A stretch of 64,000 bases of DNA from positions 133,853 to 197,852 of the forward strand of contig CAWJIM010000016.1 of the NCBI GenBank assembly GCA_963842945.1, given 5' to 3'. Shown in pieces: positions 56,907 to 64,000 of this stretch. Source of the DNA: an uncultured Gemmatimonadales bacterium (GTDB taxonomy: Bacteria; Gemmatimonadota; Gemmatimonadetes; Gemmatimonadales; GWC2-71-9). Positions within the stretch are counted from its first letter, which is position 1; each line of letters begins with the position of its first letter. The notes under the pieces are model-generated. The model searched no databases. It saw only the letters and a list, made by a program, of their open reading frames with translations, and was not told the DNA's origin. The position numbers and the translations under genes are program-made.

Positions 56907-56939
56907 GGCGCCCCACCCGGCGATCGCGGGTGGGGCGCC
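56907..56939 (-). other. perfect 13-bp GC-rich hairpin between accD and folC
   Basis: GGCGCCCCACCCG-gcgatcg-CGGGTGGGGCGCC. It begins 10 nt downstream of the accD stop and ends 42 nt upstream of the folC ATG. Confidence 0.6.
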
Positions 56940-56948
56940 GGACACCGA

Positions 56949-57836
<888 letters not shown>

Positions 57837-57954
57837 CACGGCCATAGGAAGCAGGTGCGTCAGAGGGTCGAAGGGGACCGAGGCGACTCGAAAGGCCCAT
57901 GGCAATCTCATGCGACCCGGCCTCCGCGCCAGACCCTAACACGTAAGTCGTTGC

Positions 57955-59204
57955 TCATACATCAGGATAGCCAGACAGCCTCGAGTCCCAGGCCACCCGG
58001 AGCGCCAGCCCCAGGCAGAGCGAGCAGATCATGAAGAACGAGCCGCCGTAGGAGAAGAACGGCAGCGGAATGCCGGTGATCGGCATGAGGTTGATCGTCA
58101 TCCCGACGTTCTCGAACACGTGGGTGAAGAACAGTCCCAGGATCCCGAACACCACCAGGCTGCTGAACGGATCGGTGGCGCGCCGGGCGATCCGGAGCAG
58201 GACCAGGAAGAGCGCCAGGAACAAGAGCGAGCGCGACCAGCACGCCGATGAAGCCGAGCTCCTCGCCCACGACCGCGAAGATGAAGTCGGTGTGCTGCTC
58301 CGGCAGGAACGCGAGCCGCTTCTGCGGGCCCTCGGTGTAGCCGGTCCCGAACCAGCCGCCCGAGCCGATCGCCGACCTGGGATTGGATCGCGTGGTAGCC
58401 CGCCGCCCGGGGGTCGATCTCGGGGTTGAGGAAGGTGAGCAGCCGGTTCTGCTGATACGGCGCCAGCCGGTTCCAGAGCGGCATGGCGATGGCGCCCATG
58501 GCCACGTTCGCGGCCAGGAACATCAGCCCAATCCCAGACGTAGGGCCGCCAGACGATCAGGAGCAGCGATGAACATGACGATCCACGCGCCCCAGGCCAG
58601 CGTGTTGAACGCGAGGAGCAGGCTGAGCACCGGCGAGGCGAGCAGGAACAGCAGCCGAGGCCGCACGCCGGCCCAGAACAGCATCGCGAAGAGGATCCCG
58701 ACGAAGACGAGGGCGCTGCCCAGGTCGGGCTGCTTGAGCACCAGCAGGAACGGCACGCCCGACGATGAGCGACGGGGCAATCAGAGGTCGCGCAGCGAGC
58801 GCGGCGGCTCCTTGCCGGCTGGAGAGCTAGCGTGCCAGCATGAGCACGGTGGCAACCTTGGCCAGCTCCGACGGCTGCCCGATCCGGTGTCCGCCGATCG
58901 AGAGCCAGCTCTGGCTGCTCGCCGCGGTGCCGGCCCCGGTCCCGACGACCAGCACGAGCACGAGCAGGAGCAGGCTGAAGGCGTAGAGCGCCGGGGCGAT
59001 CCATTCCAGCACCCGGAGCGAGATGTGGAAGATGACCCACGCGCCCACGATCCCGATGCCCACCCAGACGAACTGGCGGTGCCAGACGCCGGCGGCCCGG
59101 GTCGGCACATCGGTCTGTCCCGCCGAATAGAGCGTCGCGAGGCCGAAGAGATCAGAGCCCGCGGTCACGGCGATCAGCTGCCGGTCGACCGGCGGCTTTC
59201 TCAT
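57955..59204 (-). pseudogene. rodA: rod shape-determining protein RodA (SEDS family), frameshifted
   Basis: The N-terminus is MRKPPVDRQLIAVTAGS...GIGIVGAWVIF. Also present are IGGHRIGQPSELAKV and the C-terminus [20 protein letters not shown]. The ATG at 59204 overlaps the mrdA stop. Confidence 0.9.
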
Positions 59205-61096
59205 TGGCTCGGCACCGCGCGGCGGGCCGAGTCGGCTGCCGCCGCGCGCGCCGCTGCCGAATCGGGGTCGAGCTCGATCGGGCGGGGCGCGGTGTCCTGC
59301 GAGGTGACGGTCTCATCGAGCAGGACGCCCAGTTTCACCGGGCCGGTGGCGTCGGGACCGAGGATGTAGCGGCGGAGCGTCTGCACCACGTATGGCGCCA
59401 CGGTGGTGCCGTGCTCGGCGAACTCCATGATCCCGCCCACGATCAGCTCCGGCTTGTCGGCCGGCGCGAAGCCGATGAACCACCCATGATCCTCGCCGTG
59501 GGGGTTCTGCGCGGTGCCGGTCTTGCCCCGCCACCGCGAGGTCCGCCGCGGCGGCTGGCCGACGCGGTTCCCCGCTCCACCACGGCGATGAGCGCGCGGC
59601 GGAGCCCATCCAGCTGCTGCGCGGCGTGAGGCCGAGCGATCGCGTCCGCGGTCGAGCCCGGCTTGACGATGTACGGCGTGCAGCGGCGGCGCCGTTACCG
59701 GCCAGGCCCTGGTAGAACTTGCACCATGTTGATCAGGGTCTGGGTGTTCTCGCCCTGGCCGATCGAGAAGTTCAGCGTGGTGCCGGCGGGCTCCAGCTCC
59801 GCGGGCCGTAGAGCGGTCGAAGTAGGCCGGTGGACGACGGGATAGATCGGGGTCAGCTCGTTCTCGAGGTCGACTCCGCTCTTGTCCCGGAATCCCATCA
59901 GGACGCCATCCTGAAGGATGGCGTCGAGCCCGAGCCGAAGGCCCAGCTGATAGAAGTACACGTCGCAGCTCGCGGCCACGGCGCCGGTCAGGTCGAGCGA
60001 GCCGTGGCCTTCCTTCTTCCAGCAGCGGAAGACCCGGTTGCCCAGCCGCAGGCCGCCGCGGCAGGGTTCGGGCATGGTGGTGTTGAGGTTGATCAGGCCG
60101 CGCTTGAGCGCCATGGCCGCGATGGCCAGCTTGAACGGCGACGCGGGCGGATAGCGCGCCTGGATCGCCCGATTGAGCAGCGGTTTTGCCGGGTCGTTGT
60201 TGAGCGACCGCCAGTCGGCGGAGGAGATGCCGCCGACGAAGTCGTTGGGGTCGAACGTCGGCGCCGAGTAGAGGGCGCGGATCTCGCCCATCGGGCGTCA
60301 TCGCCACCAGGGCGCCCCGGACCCCGCCGGCCAGATGCTGTCCACGAATCGCTGGAGATCGAGGTCGATCGTGGTGACGATCGGCTTGCCCGGGGTCGGC
60401 GGGAGCGAGGCCGAGGCCGCCTCCTCCCGCACCAGGCGGCCCCGCGCGTTGACCTCGATGTAGCGGACGCCGTCGCTTCCCCGCAGGGTGTCGTCGTACT
60501 CCCGCTCCAGTCCGGCCTTGCCCACGATCGAGCCGAGCACGGCGCCCGGGATAGCGGTCGGCGGTCGAGGTCGGCCTCGGTGACCTCCGAGACGTAGCCC
60601 ACCAGATGGGCGACCGACTTGCCGGCGGGATAGAGCCGCTTCGGCTCGGCCTGGATCACCAGACCCGGCAGCGCGGTGCGGTGCTCCTCGAGCTTGGCGA
60701 CGACGTCGAAGGAGGCATCGCCAAAGACCAGCGCCGGCTGATAGCGCGCCTGCAGGTAGCGCTCGATGATGTCGGAGACCCGCGCGCTGTCGAGCGGGAC
60801 GTAGCGGGCGACCCGGGCCAGGACGGCCCGGAGGGAGTCGGTGGACTGAGCGAGCAGCTTGACCGAGTAGCCGGGCACGTTCTCGGCGATGACCCGCCCT
60901 TCCGGTCCAGGATCGTACCCCGGGGCGAGGTCAGCGGAATCGGCCGCAGCCGGTTGGTCTCCGCCTTGAGCTGGAACTTGTCGTGCTGTAGGACCTGGGT
61001 GCGGAAGAAGGCGCCGCTCAGGACCAGGAAGGCCCCGAGCAGCACCAGCCGGGCAATGTCGGCGCGCTCCCGAATGCGGTAGGAGTCGAAGTTCAT
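59201..61096 (-). pseudogene. mrdA: penicillin-binding protein 2 (transpeptidase), about 6 frameshifts
   Basis: MNFDSYRIRERADIARL, RGTILDRKG, GLEREYDDTLRG, ASPFKLAIAAMAL (SxxK), NFSIGQGE and GKTGTAQNPHGEDHGWFIGFAP (KTG) are spread over several frames. Confidence 0.9.
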
Positions 61097-61589
61097 GCGT
61101 CCAGCCGAACCGAGAACAGGCTCGGAAGGTCACCAGCACCACGAGGGCAAATGCGGCCGTGGTGAACGCCTGGAAGGGCTGTAGAACGGTCAGCTCGGTC
61201 AGCAGCTGGTTGTGTCGGTTCCACTCGCCACGAGCACGATCAGGTCACGCAGCCAGAGCCCGGCCGCGACGAATGCCGCGTTGACCAGCAGTTATCGGCA
61301 AAGAACACCGCCCGGCCCCACGAGGCCAGGTAGCCGACCAGGGTGTGCGCCAGAGCTGCCCGCTCCAAAGCGGGCGGGGGTCAGGGTATCCTCGATCAGT
61401 CCCACCAGGAATCCGGCCAGAGCGGCGGCCCCGGGCCTGCTCCGCATCGCGAAGAGCATCAGCCCGATCAGCAGGAAATCGGGGCTGACCCGCGCAATCC
61501 CAGAGCCGGGGACGGAGATAGAACTGGAGAACCAGGAGCAACAGCAGCACGAGAGCCAGCTGCACCCGGGTGACACGCCGGGAACTCAT
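61093..61589 (-). pseudogene. mreD: rod shape-determining protein MreD, frameshifted
   Basis: MSSRRVTRVQLALVLLLLLVL, SPDFLLIGLMLFAMRS and GFLVGLIEDTL are present. Position between mreC and mrdA supports the call. The 3' end is inferred from an ATGA overlap with mrdA. Confidence 0.65.
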
Positions 61590-62643
61590 GGGCTGGAGTC
61601 CCGGCGCTCGGGCGTTGGCGGTTGGAGGCCACCGGGCTGGGCGAGCTGCCGGGCCGAGCCTCGCCGTGGGATGCTGGCGGTAGCGCCGCCCAGCATGGGC
61701 GAGCTCGCGGCAGGGAATCCCGGCGAGCGGCCCGGGCCGCCTTCAGCGCCTGCGCCACCGAGTCGGCCCGCTGCACCCGGGCGATCGAGTCCAGCCGCAT
61801 GGCCTCGAGCTGAGAGTCGCTGGGGAAGGCCGGGGCCAGATCGCCGCCGCGGTCCCGGTCAGCACCAGCACGTGGGCCGCGGAGCCGGGGTTCGCGGCGG
61901 GCCGCAGCCGGTACACCCGCTCCCAGCCCGCCTCCTCGCGCACGGCGCCGATCACCGTTCCGACGGGGATGCCCTTGGGGAACACGCCGCCCAGCCCGGA
62001 GGACAGCACCAGCGTCCCCAGCGGGACCGAGTCCCGATAGGGAACGCCGCGGAATTCGAGCGCGCCCTCGCTGTCGGCCCCTGGCTCGAGGGAGCGACGA
62101 CGCCGAAGGCGTTGCCGCTGACGGTGAACGCGCTGACCCGGAAATCCGGGATGGGCCCACGACATCGCAATGCTGCTCGAGCGGCGACACGCTGAGCATC
62201 ACGCCGATGAGGCCCTCCGGCGCGACGACCGGATTGAACGGCGCGACGCCCTGCCGCGTGCCCGCGCTGAGCAGCAGGGTGCGGCCGTCGGTGGCCTGCG
62301 GCTGATGCAGCACTTCGGCCGGCACGGAGCTGCTGAGCCGGTGGCTGAGCCCGAGCAGCTGCCGAAGCCGCTCGTTCTCGGCCCGAGCGACGGCAGCGAC
62401 TGGGCCAGGTAGGCGGCGGAGTCGCGCTGCGCCGTGACGGCCCGAAAGCGGGCCCGGCTGGTGCGCCCCTCTTCGGCCCGCGCCTGGAGCCAGACAGCGG
62501 CGAGAGAACCGTCTCGCCGCAGCGTCGCGGCAATGCCGTGGCCCAGCGGGTCGGGCGAGAAGAGCGCCACAACGACAGGCCGAGGCACATGAGGAAGAGC
62601 ACGGTGTCCCGGCGGGTGTAGCGCGGTCCGACGCGCTGGACAT
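61586..62643 (-). pseudogene. mreC: rod shape-determining protein MreC, frameshifted
   Basis: RAENERLRQLLGL, NPVVAPEGLIGV and FPKGIPVGTVI are present. The ATG at 62643 lies 2 nt after the mreB stop. The inferred stop overlaps the mreD ATG. Confidence 0.75.
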
Positions 62644-62645
62644 GC

Positions 62646-63680
62646 TCAGGTGGACAGAACGCTCCGGTACTTCTCGTAGTCGTCGAGGATCCGGCCGGTG
62701 CCGCGCACCACGCAGGTCAGCGGGTCCTCGTCCACGTGGATCGGCAGGCCGGTTTCCTGCGCCAGCAGCAGGTCGAGCCCGCGAATCAGCGCGCCGCCGC
62801 CGGTCATCACGATGCCGCGGTCGACGATGTCGCTGGCGAGCTCGGGCGGCGTGATCTCGAGCGCGCGGCGAACCGCGTCGACGATCTGCTGGATCGGCTC
62901 CTGGATCGCCTCGCGGATCTCGCTCGAGTGCACGCGCACCGTCTTCGGGATGCCGGAGACGAGGTCGCGGCCCTTCACTTCCATCTCGCGCTCGTCGCCG
63001 ACCGGCGCGGCGGAGCCGATCTGGATCTTGATCTGCTCCGCGGTCGGCTCGCCGATGAGCAGGTTGTAGTTCTTGCGCATGAACTGCACGATGGCCTGGT
63101 CGAGCTCGTCGCCGCCGGTGCGGATCGAGGTGTCGGACACGATGCCGGAGAGCGCGATGACCGCGATCTCCGTCGTGCCGCCGCCGATGTCGATCACCAT
63201 GTTGCCGGTGGGCGTCTCGACCGGAAGCCCCACGCCGATCGCCGCCGCCATCGGCTCCGCCACCATGAACACTTCCTTGGCGCCGGCGGTCTCGCCGAGT
63301 CGCGCACCGCGCGCCTCTCCACCTCGGTGATGCCCGAGGGCACGCACACGATCACCCGCGGCTTCACCTTGAAGACGTGCTTGTCGATGATGGGCTTGAG
63401 GAAGTAGCGCAGCATCTTCTCGGTCACGTCGAAGTCGGCGATGACGCCGTCCTTCATCGGCCGGACCGCGATGATGCCGTCCGGCGTGCGGCCGAGCATG
63501 CGTTTGGCTTCGAGCCCGATGCCCTTGATCTTCGGTGGCCTGCTCGATCGCGACGACCGAGGGCTCGTTCAGCACGATGCCTTCGCCCTTGACGTAGATC
63601 AGGGTGTTGGCCGTGCCGAGATCGACGGCGATCTCGTTCGCGGGGAGCCAGGAAATCAAATTCAGGCCGGGAACTTTCAT
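62646..63680 (-). pseudogene. mreB: rod shape-determining protein MreB; central ~75 codons out of frame (compensated indel pair)
   Basis: The start is [29 protein letters not shown]. The middle [30 protein letters not shown]...[14 protein letters not shown] is readable only in ORF 63194-63499. The remainder is [12 protein letters not shown]...[13 protein letters not shown]...[12 protein letters not shown]. Confidence 0.95.
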
Positions 63681-63742
63681 CGAGGGGCCGCTAGGCACAT
63701 GGGCGCTGAAGGTAAATGGCACGCGGTAGTGCCGCTCGAACG

Positions 63743-64000
63743 CTACCGTCCCGCTGCTGCCGAACCCACCCGTGCCTCGTGCAGTCGGCGGCAACCTCGA
63801 CCGGCCGGAAGCCACTCGCTCCACCCGCGCGACGATCATCTGCGCGATGCGCATGCCCCGGGTCACCTCGAACGGCTCGGTGCCCAGATTCACCAGCGCC
63901 ACCATCAACTCGCCCCGGTAATCGCTGTCGATCGTGGCCGGAGTGTTCGGCAGCGTGATGCCATGCGGAGCGCCAGGCCCGACGGGGCCTGATCTGGCAC
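63743..64000 (-). pseudogene. dut: dUTP diphosphatase (5' end outside window), frame disturbed near its stop
   Basis: [43 protein letters not shown]...[10 protein letters not shown] is present. The expected stop (TAG at 63743-63745) is out of frame by one base, so the track ORF runs on into mreB. Confidence 0.75.

Overview
High-GC bacterial chromosomal segment. Gene content (GWxTD-like, DUF2911 and LytR_C proteins, archaeal-type ProRS) fits a Gemmatimonadota-like soil bacterium, but that is inference only. No CRISPR array, transposase, integrase or prophage genes were seen.

LEFT PART (1-42.9 kb). Spot GC counts on three 60-nt lines gave 55, 58 and 70 %.
(i) A serine-cycle/glyoxylate module: ppc-hprA-mtkB-mtkA-mclA-sgaA on the minus strand, with a divergent glycerate 2-kinase. 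The divergent promoter region carries a perfect TGTGA-N6-TCACA palindrome and a 14-bp tandem duplication.
(ii) An 11.6-kb gap-free minus-strand chain: trpC-trpF-trpB-[HEAT-repeat protein]-[HD-GYP phosphodiesterase]-trpA-[polytopic GAF-MCP]-folK-panB-panC-HD hydrolase-LytR_C. lexA is divergent from this chain and trpD is convergent with lexA.
(iii) A plus-strand chain: truA-htrA-purB-purC-psd-pssA-purS-purQ-[Zn-ribbon protein]-purL-purF-ppdK-purE-purK.
(iv) DUF2911 protein, a class-V aminotransferase, an Ig-domain M8-like metalloprotease lipoprotein, a strong hairpin terminator, and an intact tmRNA (tag ANTELALAA).

RIGHT PART (43-64 kb). It holds ordinary housekeeping genes: a GGDEF protein, corA, larB, dus, ptsN-like, GWxTD-like, guaA, lysA, proS, hisS, folC, accD, rodA, mrdA, mreD, mreC, mreB and dut. 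Every one of these reading frames is broken by indels. The minus-strand blocks are visibly GC-richer (spot counts 72-75 %). I read this as a sequence-quality or assembly discontinuity starting next to the tmRNA gene, not as biology.

MOST INTERESTING BIOLOGICAL CANDIDATE. The HEAT + HD-GYP pair sits between trpB and trpA, joined to its neighbours by overlapping stop and start codons. The two proteins may share an N-terminal module.
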